Source: a virus
Strand: one strand, 5' to 3'
IMG/VR virus record: IMGVR_UViG_3300043100_000006
Span: 38,180-102,179 of that record
Length of the DNA stretch: 64,000 nt
Made by a program: the position numbers and the translations under genes. The stretch's first letter is position 1. Every line of letters begins with the position of its first letter. The notes below the pieces were generated by a model that was not told the origin of the DNA, ran no database searches, and worked only from the letters and a program-made list of their open reading frames with translations. Shown in pieces: positions 47,070-56,981 of this stretch.

Positions 47070-48614
47070 ATGATTCGAGGTATTACGCATACCGAAGACG
47101 GTCAGCAGATTCAGCGGTTGGCCGTTTCAACGAAGGTCGCCATAGGATTGCCGCCTAACCCGGCAGAAGGCAAGAAGGCGCATCCATCCAAGCTCGACCA
47201 TTTCATATTTTTACGAAAGTCTCCCGCCCAGCAAAACGCTTGGGAACTCGACGATAAATTGATGAAGGCCTACGGGACGAAGTGCAAAGAGTTCGAGATC
47301 GTTCTTTTGGATGACGAGATTGAGAACGTGTTCCCGACTAAACTTGCGTGGTTCACTCAATCTGAGTGTAAATGCTTCGGGGATGGAGAATCGGCCACGC
47401 GACGCACGGCAGAACATCCAGAGGGCCAGCCGTGGTCTCCATGCGGGAAAGCATGTCCAGACCTTGAAAACGGTTCCTGTAAACCGGCCGCAGACTTGCG
47501 TTTCATGCTAGCAGCCTTCCCGCAACTCGGCGCGGTCGCGCGGATTCACACATCGAGTTATCGCAGCATCATGCAAATTTCTTCTAGCCTGCAGCAAATC
47601 CAAACTATCACCGGGGGGCGGCTGGCCGGCATCCGAGCGAAGTTGGTTGTCAGGCCGGAAAAAACGTCGTACATGGGCGCGGACCAGAAACGTCATTCGA
47701 CCACCGTGTTCGCGCTGAATCTGGAAATCCAGGCGGCAGGAATCAAGGAACTGGTCACGCACATGACAGACCATGCGCGGCTGTTCGAGCACACTCGAAA
47801 ACTGTTGGGCACCGGGCGGATCGAAGTGATCGAAGATGATTCGGCACGCGCTGGAGAAATCACGCCAGAGTTTTACCCAGAAGTTTCGCCGCCGAAGTTC
47901 CCGACCGCGGAAGAGGCAGGGCAAGCCGATCCTGAAATCATCCCACCGATAAAGCAGGCGAACATGGACGTGATGTGCCAGGAGTGCCGACAGGTGAACG
48001 GGCACAAGCCGGATTGCTTCCACGCAACGCAGTCGGTAACTGGCAAAAGCGATCAATGCCAAGACTGCAAAGCGTTCGGGGGACACTTGCCATCCTGCAA
48101 ACACCACGCGGCATGGAAAGCCTCTCTCGGCCAACCGGCAACGGCTAAGCCCTCAGGACAGACTGCCATCGCGCCAGCGGAAGCCGCACAGCCACAAACG
48201 ACGGCAGCGGCCACTGAGACTGCCAAGCCAGCGGACCAGGCTCCTGCGGGGCTGGAAACGATGACGCTGGTGGTCATGGGAGTCGCCCCCAAAGAGAAAG
48301 CGGCCATGAAAGGAAGGAATCCAACCGGCGAGAAACAGCAATACCGAATCCTGACCGTGGTCAGCAAGGGCGATCTCCAGTGGGCGCTTTACGCTTGGGA
48401 CCCAAAACACTTCGAGTTCTTGGATCCGATCCCTTCTGGAACTAAGTGCGAATTCCAGACGAAGAAAACGAAGTCAGGGTACTACCAGTTGGAGCACATA
48501 TTGGACACGGGCGGATTGAAATTCAAGGACGACAAGCCGATGGTTGCGGTTGAGGGCGAGGTCCTGGTGGATGAGGGCGAAGACTGGTCGCTGCTGGACG
48601 AACAGCCGAAGTAG
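47070..48614 (+). CDS. Recombination-directionality-factor-like (gp3-like) protein
   Basis: P.KLDHF, C.GDG..A, C...C....CK....L.F.L, G......T.S..S. Confidence 0.6.
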   Translation: MIRGITHTEDGQQIQRLAVSTKVAIGLPPNPAEGKKAHPSKLDHFIFLRKSPAQQNAWELDDKLMKAYGTKCKEFEIVLLDDEIENVFPTKLAWFTQSECKCFGDGESATRRTAEHPEGQPWSPCGKACPDLENGSCKPAADLRFMLAAFPQLGAVARIHTSSYRSIMQISSSLQQIQTITGGRLAGIRAKLVVRPEKTSYMGADQKRHSTTVFALNLEIQAAGIKELVTHMTDHARLFEHTRKLLGTGRIEVIEDDSARAGEITPEFYPEVSPPKFPTAEEAGQADPEIIPPIKQANMDVMCQECRQVNGHKPDCFHATQSVTGKSDQCQDCKAFGGHLPSCKHHAAWKASLGQPATAKPSGQTAIAPAEAAQPQTTAAATETAKPADQAPAGLETMTLVVMGVAPKEKAAMKGRNPTGEKQQYRILTVVSKGDLQWALYAWDPKHFEFLDPIPSGTKCEFQTKKTKSGYYQLEHILDTGGLKFKDDKPMVAVEGEVLVDEGEDWSLLDEQPK

Positions 48615-48616
48615 GG

Positions 48617-49372
48617 GTGAATGCGTCCACCGGGTGGAAGGATTCGATGCCAACGCATGAGTGCTCGATTGACGAACGCGACCAGGACCCAGACGCGCCA
48701 GTTACGATGAAGGCGGCAGAAGCCTATGCTGACGCCGTGGAGTCGCTAGCGCGTGCACTGATCGATGCTCGCGAAAACATCCCGCTCGGATTCACGGAGA
48801 TTGCCACGAAGCACGAGTGGATGCACAGACTGTCATTCCTGGCATTTGCGTGCGAGCATCCCAGTCGGAGAAAGAGGACACCAATGGACGTGGAGGACAT
48901 GATTGGAAAATGGTTACCGCTGATTCGGCAACTGGCAATGGCGCATGACATTGACGAGCGAGATGCGGCGAGTTCGCAACTCGATGAATTCTTGACGCCG
49001 ATCATCGCTGCGCCAGTCGCGCAGATTCGGGAGTTCTACCGCGAGCTCGTGAAGCGGATGAAGGCCGATCCCACAGTCCCTTGGTGCGTCTGGAAGATGT
49101 TTGAATTCTGGGGGACGAATGTCTTGGACAAGATCGAGAAAGAGGAAGTGATCGGACTCAAGACGGAGATAGCAAAACGCATCGCAGAAAACTCGTTTGC
49201 TCAGATACCGCGGTCTGACTGGATCGATTCGATGGTGGGCGCTTTGCAGTGGCGTGAACCGGAGAAACTGGAGAAGATCGAGAAGGCAATCGAGGCCGGC
49301 GAAAAGCCGCGCGTGCGAGGGAAACAGAGTTGCTTGTTTATGCAGGTCGCTGGGTTGGAGGTCATGTTGTGA
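48617..49372 (+). CDS. Hypothetical protein (start uncertain)
   Basis: Long ORF in operon. Confidence 0.55.
   Translation: MNASTGWKDSMPTHECSIDERDQDPDAPVTMKAAEAYADAVESLARALIDARENIPLGFTEIATKHEWMHRLSFLAFACEHPSRRKRTPMDVEDMIGKWLPLIRQLAMAHDIDERDAASSQLDEFLTPIIAAPVAQIREFYRELVKRMKADPTVPWCVWKMFEFWGTNVLDKIEKEEVIGLKTEIAKRIAENSFAQIPRSDWIDSMVGALQWREPEKLEKIEKAIEAGEKPRVRGKQSCLFMQVAGLEVML
48626..48638. repeat. Dispersed palindrome copy 9
   Basis: GAATGCG-TCCACCGGGTGGA-AGGATTC. Confidence 0.9.
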
Positions 49373-49638
49373 GCGACACATTCTACACGTACACACTTGA
49401 ATGCACGTTTGAGTGCGGAGCCAAGATCGAGGTTACAGACAAGCATCCTGGCGACAAATGCGATGCTGCGGCTGAGGCATTGGGGTGGGCTACATTCGAC
49501 GTGCCGAATCCCAAGAAGCAGCGGAAGGGACAGAAGAGCGATACCCAAGACGTGGTGTGTCCGGACTGCATCGAGAAGGTGCGGGCGATCTACCACCAGG
49601 TTGCGGGACCGGAACTGGAACCATGAACGGAGGCAGTA

Positions 49639-49938
49639 ATGCCAATTGAGACGTTGACGCAGTTGCAGTACAGCGAAGATCGGCAGGGCCCGTGGCAGCT
49701 TTACGTCTACGATCCGAACAGTCAATACCATCGCGGCGGTCAGTGGTTTAGAAACAAACCGCAGTATCCAGACGAGGAAATCACGACGGAGCGGGCGTGC
49801 AGCATCGCCAAAGAAGCCTTCATTGCTGGTCGCGAGGTTCGCGTTTGCGACGGTGGAGACATGCTCGTGTTCCACTCTAAGGGCAAGTCTATTCTGTACG
49901 GCGACAACTTCTGGGAAGATATAACCCGGAGCAAATGA
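49639..49938 (+). CDS. Hypothetical protein
   Basis: GGAGG SD. Confidence 0.6.
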   Translation: MPIETLTQLQYSEDRQGPWQLYVYDPNSQYHRGGQWFRNKPQYPDEEITTERACSIAKEAFIAGREVRVCDGGDMLVFHSKGKSILYGDNFWEDITRSK

Positions 49939-50220
49939 TGCCGCGTTGCGACGATGACTCCATGCACAAGCACCACTGCGACTGCGGACTTGTGTGGGAA
50001 CATCCTGACACCTGTTTCGGCGAGGATCGATTACACAAGTGTCCGGGCTGTGGAGCGGAAGAGTATTTCAAAGCAGACATTACATTGACGGTTACGGTCT
50101 GCCACTGGCCGCCGAGTCCTTAACAGTCATCAACAGATTACCGGCGTTGTCCACAGGAAACGCACAGCGGAACTAAAATCGGCAATAGACAAGATTTGGA
50201 ATTGCGCGTAGAGTTTGGGC

Positions 50221-50430
50221 TTGCAAGCACCAGAGGTTGTGCGGTAGAGTGAACATGGATTCCGGGGTTGGCGCGCTGGAAAATCTTAGCCGGTTCGCCG
50301 GCCCCAGCCCCGAGCAATCCAAGAAGGAACCGGCTAACTTGAAACCCAAAAAGCTTCGTCGCGTTCGGCGTCATTGGCTCTTTGAGATGGAGGAGGATTG
50401 GAATTTATGGTCCTTCCTGGGGTTGCCATG
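50221..50430 (+). promoter_or_regulatory. Promoter plus structured leader (P4 CI/c4-like) before replication genes
   Basis: TTGCAA-18-TAGAGT; CGGGGTTGG/CCAGCCCCG stem; TTAGCCGGTTC complementary to downstream GAACCGGCTAA. Confidence 0.5.
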
Positions 50431-51132
50431 ACCGACAAACCGACTCCAACGCCCTTTGAACATTCCGTCATCACTGAATGTTTTGCCATCCAAGACCTCG
50501 AAGAGGAGCTGCGCTCTCGGAAAGCAGAACTGCTAGAATATCTCGGCGAAGAGGCGGATGCACTGAGGGCAAGCCGGGTCCTAGCCATTCTGTACTGGAG
50601 ACACAGCAACATCACGAATTCCGTGGACCTCGCCGAAATATTGAACTGTACTAACCTATCCCTCCGCAAGATGTGCGGTCGCATAAAGGTCTGTCTGGAA
50701 TGCCTGGATTGCGGCGACGAGGTAGAGGTTACCTGCAAAAGTCGGGCAGAACTTACCCGCAGGCGAACCATCGTGCTCTGCGTTGCGTGCGAAGAGACGC
50801 GTAGGGTTCAGCGAGAGCGTGATGCCGCAGCATGGCACCAGCGGTCGACTGCACTGGTCGCACAGCGCTCCGCACGGATAGAAGCATTGCGGTCGATGCC
50901 ATATGGCGATTATTTGCAGACGCCAGAGTGGAGGGAGCGCCGCCTATATGCCTTGAGACGCGCAAGGTATGCTTGCCAGTTATGTTCATCGAAAACCCAA
51001 CTCCAGGTCCATCACAGAACTTATGAGAGGCGCGGGAATGAGAAAGAGGAGGACCTCATCGTTCTTTGCGACGACTGCCATTCCAAGTTTCATGACAAGC
51101 CGTCCCTGTCAGAAAAGGCGGCTAGTTTATGA
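50428..51132 (+). CDS. HNH-domain zinc-finger protein
   Basis: Y..YL.TPEW...R...CQLC.....LQVHH.TY...G.E...DL..LC..CH. Confidence 0.8.
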   Translation: MTDKPTPTPFEHSVITECFAIQDLEEELRSRKAELLEYLGEEADALRASRVLAILYWRHSNITNSVDLAEILNCTNLSLRKMCGRIKVCLECLDCGDEVEVTCKSRAELTRRRTIVLCVACEETRRVQRERDAAAWHQRSTALVAQRSARIEALRSMPYGDYLQTPEWRERRLYALRRARYACQLCSSKTQLQVHHRTYERRGNEKEEDLIVLCDDCHSKFHDKPSLSEKAASL

Positions 51133-51899
51133 GGTTGGGTTTTGACTTCGTCCCATTCCCTCGTGAAATCTGGACGGACGGTATTGAGTTATCGCAGTCC
51201 GAGTTCCGGCTATTGGGTTGGTTTTGTGCTCATCTGAAGTTCGGGCAGTCGCAGTTCGACATGACGGACGACAACATCCTTTCCGGCGTCAACAAAGATG
51301 GACGCGCGTACCCGCCTGTTGGACTTTCTCGAAATTCCATGCAGGCAGCTAGGTCTGCTCTTGTCGAAAAGAAATTGCTCATGGCGATACAGATGGCAGG
51401 CGGTGGCGGACGAGGAAAAGTCGCACAATGGGCTTATCGACTAAACCTCTCAGACGTTGAGGAGAATACGCCAGAAACCTCTCAACCTTTGACAAAAAAC
51501 CCCGCAGAGCCTGAGATGTTTACCCAGCCAAACCTCTCAAACTTTGATAATGCAATAAAGGAAGTAAAGATAGAACCAGAGAAAGGAAAGAAAACAAGCA
51601 CGACTTTGATTCTCCCGGACTGGGTTCCTGCTGAATCATGGGATGGATTTATAGAGATGCGCCGCAAGATGCGACATGCCCCCCTCACCGACCGGGCGGT
51701 GGGGATGCTCCTAAAAGAGTTGTGCGCTTTGCGTGCAGCAGGCGAAGATCCTGAGCGGGTACTAGATGTGGCTACGACTAAAGGCTGGCGAGGGTTATTT
51801 CCGGTCAGCGAAAAGAGGAATGGCAATGGAAACAGCAAGCCCAGACAAAGCAGCGCAGAGCGCGAAGCCCAAGAACTCGCATTCATCCGGGGACATTGA
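51129..51899 (+). CDS. Phage replication initiator
   Basis: N-terminal wHTH; LPDW.....W..F..MR....L.....GW.GLF. Confidence 0.7.
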   Translation: MRLGFDFVPFPREIWTDGIELSQSEFRLLGWFCAHLKFGQSQFDMTDDNILSGVNKDGRAYPPVGLSRNSMQAARSALVEKKLLMAIQMAGGGGRGKVAQWAYRLNLSDVEENTPETSQPLTKNPAEPEMFTQPNLSNFDNAIKEVKIEPEKGKKTSTTLILPDWVPAESWDGFIEMRRKMRHAPLTDRAVGMLLKELCALRAAGEDPERVLDVATTKGWRGLFPVSEKRNGNGNSKPRQSSAEREAQELAFIRGH

Positions 51900-52647
51900 G
51901 CGGATCATGAAATCTCTCAATGGGTTCTATGACCTCGTGGGGCACAAGCCGGAAGAGACGGGCACGCTATCGAAGATGGCTGCGTACCTGGCCCAAAACG
52001 CCACGCCAGAAATGGTTTCAGCCGCGCTTGACCGCTGCGTGAAGGAGTGCCGCTACCCGGTGCGCTTGCCCGACATCACGCAACGCATCGTCGGCATGGA
52101 AGTGCCAGCAGTGGAAGCGGAGATGCGTGCAGCCTGGGATACAGTTGTAAAGTATTGCGCGAGGTACATTGGCGCGGACCCAGAAGGCAATTACGGGCCA
52201 GAGTTTGGGATGTACGGAGCATGGGGCGGGGAAGATGCGGATGGGAATCCGCGGCATCCCGCACGCTATCCTGAACTGCCGCAACGCTTGCTCGATTGCG
52301 TGCGGCGTACGGGCGGATGGATTCAATACAAGCGCATGACGGAGGAAGACCAACCGTTTCAGCAGAAGCGCTTCTTCGAGGAGTACGTTGCATGGACCGC
52401 GGTGGAGCCCGTCGCTCAGCAGTTCGCCAAATTGGTGCAACCGAAGGAACTGAAGCAACTCGCGGCAGGCAAGGGCATGGAGGCCGTAAAGAACCCGGCA
52501 CCTGTAAAGAAATCTGCGACCGTAAAGAATTCCGCGCCAATGCCGGAACGCGACTTTGGGCGCAAAGATCCCGCAGTCGAGAAAGCGCGGCTGGCGGAAT
52601 GGCTGAAAGACCATCCGGAAACTGCGGACTGGAGGAGCGTGAAGTGA
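51826..52647 (+). CDS. Putative helicase loader
   Basis: Follows initiator; AL.RC..EC.YP....DI, AW..V, GGW. Confidence 0.45.
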   Translation: METASPDKAAQSAKPKNSHSSGDIERIMKSLNGFYDLVGHKPEETGTLSKMAAYLAQNATPEMVSAALDRCVKECRYPVRLPDITQRIVGMEVPAVEAEMRAAWDTVVKYCARYIGADPEGNYGPEFGMYGAWGGEDADGNPRHPARYPELPQRLLDCVRRTGGWIQYKRMTEEDQPFQQKRFFEEYVAWTAVEPVAQQFAKLVQPKELKQLAAGKGMEAVKNPAPVKKSATVKNSAPMPERDFGRKDPAVEKARLAEWLKDHPETADWRSVK

Positions 52648-53270
52648 CACCGAACGACTATATCCAAGCTGCGAGAGTTCCAGAACGGCTGAAACCACAG
52701 GCGTTTGGGCGATGGGAAATCTTTCGGGCGTGGGCTCATGACTCGCAGACAGTTGTAGGGAGCTTTCTCTTTCAAGAGCAGGTAGGATTCAATAGTCAGA
52801 CGCAATTGCTCGCGCACACGATGGCGACCTTGCACCGGAAGCGCGGCGAGGTAGTGATGGAGGATGGGATAAGCGAACTACGAAAGCATCTACCAATCTG
52901 GCTGTGTGCGAAAGGCCACGTATTGGTCACAGGCCTTGGTCTCGGATGCGTCGTGCGCGGACTGCTAGCCTCGCCAGACGTTGAGCAGATTACAGTGGTC
53001 GAGATCGATGCTGACATTTTGCGAGTCGTTGGGCATGAGTTCCGCGCAAACCCGCACGTGCGCTTGGTTCATGGCGATGCGTTCAAAGTGCAACTGCCAG
53101 AGAAATTTGATTGCGCGTGGCACGATCTATGGACCGATGGCGACACTCATTTACAGGTGCTTCACGCGAAACTGCTGAAACGGTTCCGGCCTAAAGTTCG
53201 AGGGGTACAGGGTGCGTGGGAGTTGCCACGGTATATCAAGCGGCAGATGCCGGAATGGGTGCTGAGATAA
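52644..53270 (+). CDS. SAM-dependent methyltransferase (spermidine-synthase-like fold)
   Basis: VLVTGLGLG, ITVVEID, GDAF, FD..WHD.W. Confidence 0.8.
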   Translation: MTPNDYIQAARVPERLKPQAFGRWEIFRAWAHDSQTVVGSFLFQEQVGFNSQTQLLAHTMATLHRKRGEVVMEDGISELRKHLPIWLCAKGHVLVTGLGLGCVVRGLLASPDVEQITVVEIDADILRVVGHEFRANPHVRLVHGDAFKVQLPEKFDCAWHDLWTDGDTHLQVLHAKLLKRFRPKVRGVQGAWELPRYIKRQMPEWVLR

Positions 53271-53644
53271 TGGGGCTCTACAATTTCCAAGCACGATTCG
53301 TGGCGAAAATCCTCTCCGGAGAAAAGCAGCACACCATCCGTGCCACCCGAGCGAATCCAGACAAGCCGGGTAATATGTTGCATCTCTACACCGGACTGCG
53401 GCAAAAGGGCGCGAAGTTACTGATGCGCGCGCCGTGCGTGAAGGTGGAAGAGATCGAGATCAAAGATGGCGCATTCGGCGACGAACACCACGCATTGATC
53501 GCCATCGATGGAGTAAAGTTGGACCGGAGCGAGAAGGAAGCGCTGGCGCGGCGGGATGGATTCACGGACCTGGAGCAGATGATTCAGTTCTGGCGTGGCC
53601 GACTGCCGTTCAAGGGGCACATCATCCACTGGAGGAAGTCATGA
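53270..53644 (+). CDS. ASCH/PUA domain protein
   Basis: I..G.K.HTIR, LYTGLR, A..DGF. Confidence 0.8.
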   Translation: MGLYNFQARFVAKILSGEKQHTIRATRANPDKPGNMLHLYTGLRQKGAKLLMRAPCVKVEEIEIKDGAFGDEHHALIAIDGVKLDRSEKEALARRDGFTDLEQMIQFWRGRLPFKGHIIHWRKS

Positions 53645-53919
53645 TCTTATTTGGCGAAACACCGGCAGTCGAACTAGAAGGCAGAAACATGAGCGCACAC
53701 GATTTCGCGGCTGCTCATGCTCCTAAAGGACCCATATCGCTAATGTTCGGGACGAATAAGCACATGACGGCAAAGGCGCTGCGCGAACTAGCCGACAAAC
53801 TGGAGAGAGACGAAGTGCATGTCCTCGGGGCCAAGGTGCTCACAGTGGCAACCAGTGAAGACTTCACCCGCTCAGTTTTGCGGCTTAGTTTCGTGGAGAG
53901 CGTGAAAGTCAAGGCGTGA
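53641..53919 (+). CDS. Hypothetical protein
   Basis: ATGA overlap. Confidence 0.55.
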   Translation: MILFGETPAVELEGRNMSAHDFAAAHAPKGPISLMFGTNKHMTAKALRELADKLERDEVHVLGAKVLTVATSEDFTRSVLRLSFVESVKVKA

Positions 53920-53933
53920 TAGACTTCCATCCG

Positions 53934-53946
53934 TCCACCGGGTGGA
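53934..53946. repeat. Dispersed palindrome copy 10
   Basis: TCCACCGGGTGGA-GAGATTC. Confidence 0.9.
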
Positions 53947-53966
53947 GAGATTCAGAGAGGCTGAAA

Positions 53967-54329
53967 ATGCGAAACGTCGCGCTGTTAGTTTGTATGATCG
54001 TCGCACCACACTCACAGGGCGTTACGATATGCCATCTCCAACCCTCTAAACCTTCATGTACATTCAATCTGCCATCTCGCACCGTGAGCGTGGCTGTGGA
54101 GGAGATCGCAGAGAACAAAAGTGACTGTTGCGTGGTTATCATGGGATGCATTGGTGCCAGATGCCACGAACTTGATCGAAACGGTCGTTTCCCAGCGATT
54201 CAATCCGTGTCAACGCCGATATTCGGCGGATATGATCGCATTGTGCTGCGATTTACTGGCGGCGGTTCCATTGTGGCGGCCATCGTTATCACAAGACTTG
54301 GCAAGGAGGACGAGATTGATGGAGAGTGA
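53967..54329 (+). CDS. Hypothetical protein, possible signal peptide
   Basis: GAGG SD; MRNVALLVCMIVA. Confidence 0.45.
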   Translation: MRNVALLVCMIVAPHSQGVTICHLQPSKPSCTFNLPSRTVSVAVEEIAENKSDCCVVIMGCIGARCHELDRNGRFPAIQSVSTPIFGGYDRIVLRFTGGGSIVAAIVITRLGKEDEIDGE

Positions 54330-54618
54330 TCTGGGAGTCCGACGCTCTACCGGAGAGCCGCTTATCCGTGTCCGGAAACGGTTCTTTGGTCCAAAGGTCG
54401 GGCAGTATACGTTCGACGGCAGCACTTGGACATTCAGCCGTAGAGATCAAGGCCGAGTCATGGTCACGTTTGTAGCGAATGGCATAGTTTTCAACAGCAT
54501 CGAAGTAGCTCTGCAAAAGACGTGGCTACGAAACCGCAATATTTTCGAGTACAGTAAACTGCTGGAGAAAGAGAGGTACGTCATCAATGTTCCGCACGGA
54601 AGCAGAAGAGACGCATGA
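54319..54618 (+). CDS. Hypothetical protein
   Basis: AGGAGG upstream. Confidence 0.5.
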   Translation: MESDLGVRRSTGEPLIRVRKRFFGPKVGQYTFDGSTWTFSRRDQGRVMVTFVANGIVFNSIEVALQKTWLRNRNIFEYSKLLEKERYVINVPHGSRRDA

Positions 54619-54886
54619 ACTCTGCCGCGAAGTAATCGCGGACCTGATGCAGCGGCCAGCGGAGCGGTTTTACGCGGGCGAACAGATAGCGCTGAATGCG
54701 GCATCGCTCGGACTTTATCGACAGGACCAGGACTTGCTCGACTGGCTGTTCGATCTGCGCCGGATGACGGCGCGAGCACTAGAGGGGAATATTGACATAT
54801 ACGCCATCGCAGGCAAGCCAGAGCGAATCGAACACCGATTGACGCGGCGTGAGATCATGGTGCCGTACATGCCGAGGATTCGATGA
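54587..54886 (+). CDS. Hypothetical protein
   Basis: Packed ORF. Confidence 0.5.
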   Translation: MFRTEAEETHELCREVIADLMQRPAERFYAGEQIALNAASLGLYRQDQDLLDWLFDLRRMTARALEGNIDIYAIAGKPERIEHRLTRREIMVPYMPRIR

Positions 54887-55278
54887 AGGCGCGGGACATC
54901 ATAGCGAACTGGCCACGCGGTCGCAGTTCAAGCCGACCGATTCGAATTCCCGCATGGTTCCGCTTCGCATGGTACAAGTCAAGGATGGAGGCCGCAGGGC
55001 ATCCAATCTTTGGGCCGACCGATGCAGCATTTGAGGAGTTCACGCGGACGAACATGATTCTGTTTTTTGAAGCGGAGGCTGAGGCGAAGTACCGCGCAGA
55101 GCAGGACCGCATGACGGATGCCTATAGACTGGAGCAGTTTGGAGAAAGGGAATTCGTTCGCATCTTCGGACGCGCGGACATCACCCGCGAGGAGATCGAG
55201 AAACTGTTTCCAGGCAAATGCGAATTTCCATTCGACAAACTCCCGCGCAAGATTGCAACAGCCGAGGCCCAACAATGA
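54883..55278 (+). CDS. Hypothetical protein
   Basis: ATGA overlap. Confidence 0.5.
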   Translation: MKARDIIANWPRGRSSSRPIRIPAWFRFAWYKSRMEAAGHPIFGPTDAAFEEFTRTNMILFFEAEAEAKYRAEQDRMTDAYRLEQFGEREFVRIFGRADITREEIEKLFPGKCEFPFDKLPRKIATAEAQQ

Positions 55279-56180
55279 GCAAAAAGAAATTCCAGGAAAT
55301 CATCCCGCCCGACGACTTAATCAACCACGCAGAGAACCTTGACCGCGAAGCTCGCCGACTCTGGACCGAGATGGACATGCACATCACGGCGGCGGAAATC
55401 ATCAGCATCCCATTCGGGAAAGTCTGCCAAGAAATGAAAGACCAGGCATTGCACAAGATGGTGCGTAAGGCCCACTCGCGGAAGGGCTACCCGTCTTTCC
55501 CGGAGTGGGTAGAGTCGGTGACGAACGGAAAACTGTCGAGCAGTTCACTTTACATGGCGATGGGGCTCCATCGGTTGACAGAAGGGCCGAACGCGATTCC
55601 TGCCGAAGAAATTGTGCAGATGCCGAAAGAGAATGCCTATCGACTTTCGACGCAACTCACGCCGGAGCAGCGGACGCCGGAGATGATTGAGAAGGCGAAG
55701 AAAACCACGAAAGAGGAATTCCCGAAGCGCATCCAGGAGAAATTGAACGAAGGATTGCCGGCGGATAAGCAGGTTGTCATCCGCGTGGAGTTCTTTCGGC
55801 AGTGGGCGCCGGACGTGGTCAACAAGCTGGAAGCGACGATTGAGCGGTTCACGCATTTGCCGATCGTGCGTGATCACAACCGGGAACTGACTTTGCAGGA
55901 GAAGGCGGTGTTGGCGATTTGCTTTGCCGCGGAGAGTGATTGCGATTTATTGTTGAAGCAAGCGGAGGCGGAACACAGTGCGGAGATCGAACTACCTGAA
56001 GCGAAAGAAGCCGTTGCCGAGACAAACGAAGCCGTTGAAGCGGACGGCGATCAAACGGAAAGCGACATGGAAGACCTTGAAGCGGCAAACGGGGATACGT
56101 TCGCGGAAGGAGACATCGTCGAGCAAGAGGAGTTCCACGAAACGCGGCGGGTGGTCCCGCTCGAAGAAGTCGAGAGTTAA
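55275..56180 (+). CDS. Hypothetical protein with acidic tail
   Basis: GY.SF.EW motif; ATGA overlap. Confidence 0.6.
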   Translation: MSKKKFQEIIPPDDLINHAENLDREARRLWTEMDMHITAAEIISIPFGKVCQEMKDQALHKMVRKAHSRKGYPSFPEWVESVTNGKLSSSSLYMAMGLHRLTEGPNAIPAEEIVQMPKENAYRLSTQLTPEQRTPEMIEKAKKTTKEEFPKRIQEKLNEGLPADKQVVIRVEFFRQWAPDVVNKLEATIERFTHLPIVRDHNRELTLQEKAVLAICFAAESDCDLLLKQAEAEHSAEIELPEAKEAVAETNEAVEADGDQTESDMEDLEAANGDTFAEGDIVEQEEFHETRRVVPLEEVES

Positions 56181-56981
56181 GCCGGACATCGAGATAATCG
56201 ACGATCCGTATTCGCCTTCGGCAGACCGCAAGCGGGTGCTCTACCACTCGAAAGAAGCGATAGCATCGTTGCACTTGGAGTTGTGGACCTTGGCAGGCGG
56301 GATGTGCGAGGCGCATGTAGACATCGCAAGGCTGGCGGCAATGGGCAAGATGGTAAGCGAACCGCACCCGGCTCATCGGATTCGACTGGAAGATATGCAA
56401 CCGCATCATCGGCACGGGCGGGGCGCTGGCAAAAGAGAGGACCGACCTTTTATCACGCTGGACGATGGGCGACTGCTACGGATGGCGCTGTGTGTGTGTC
56501 AGCGCGGGCACGACCTGATTCACGAGTTCGCATTGCTGAGGGATTTTCTGACAGAGGTGAGATGACCAAGATTCTGTGGGCAATCGAGACGCATCGTGCC
56601 GGCGTGTGGACCCTGCTCCCTAACACCATCATGGTTGATCGTCGTAATGCCGAATTCGAGATGGAGTGCCTGCGAAAAGAAGAAACCAAGAAAGCCAATC
56701 CAGAAAGATACCGACTAGTTCGTTATCAGCGAATCGAAGGTTAGGAGTCTAAATGAAAACGTACAGCAATGCCGAATTAATGATGGGCCGAACACCGCAG
56801 AGCAGGGGGCGCGACATGAGCACCTACCGTCAGTCACGCCGCCGCACTCATCTCGCGGAAGCGAGACAAGAAATCACAAAACGCTTTGCAGGCACCGGGC
56901 GGGGCGGGAACTTGCAATGGCCGGAAGAGTTATGTCCGCGACGCCGGCGGCGTTCCATTATCCGCGCAAAGGCGAAACGCC

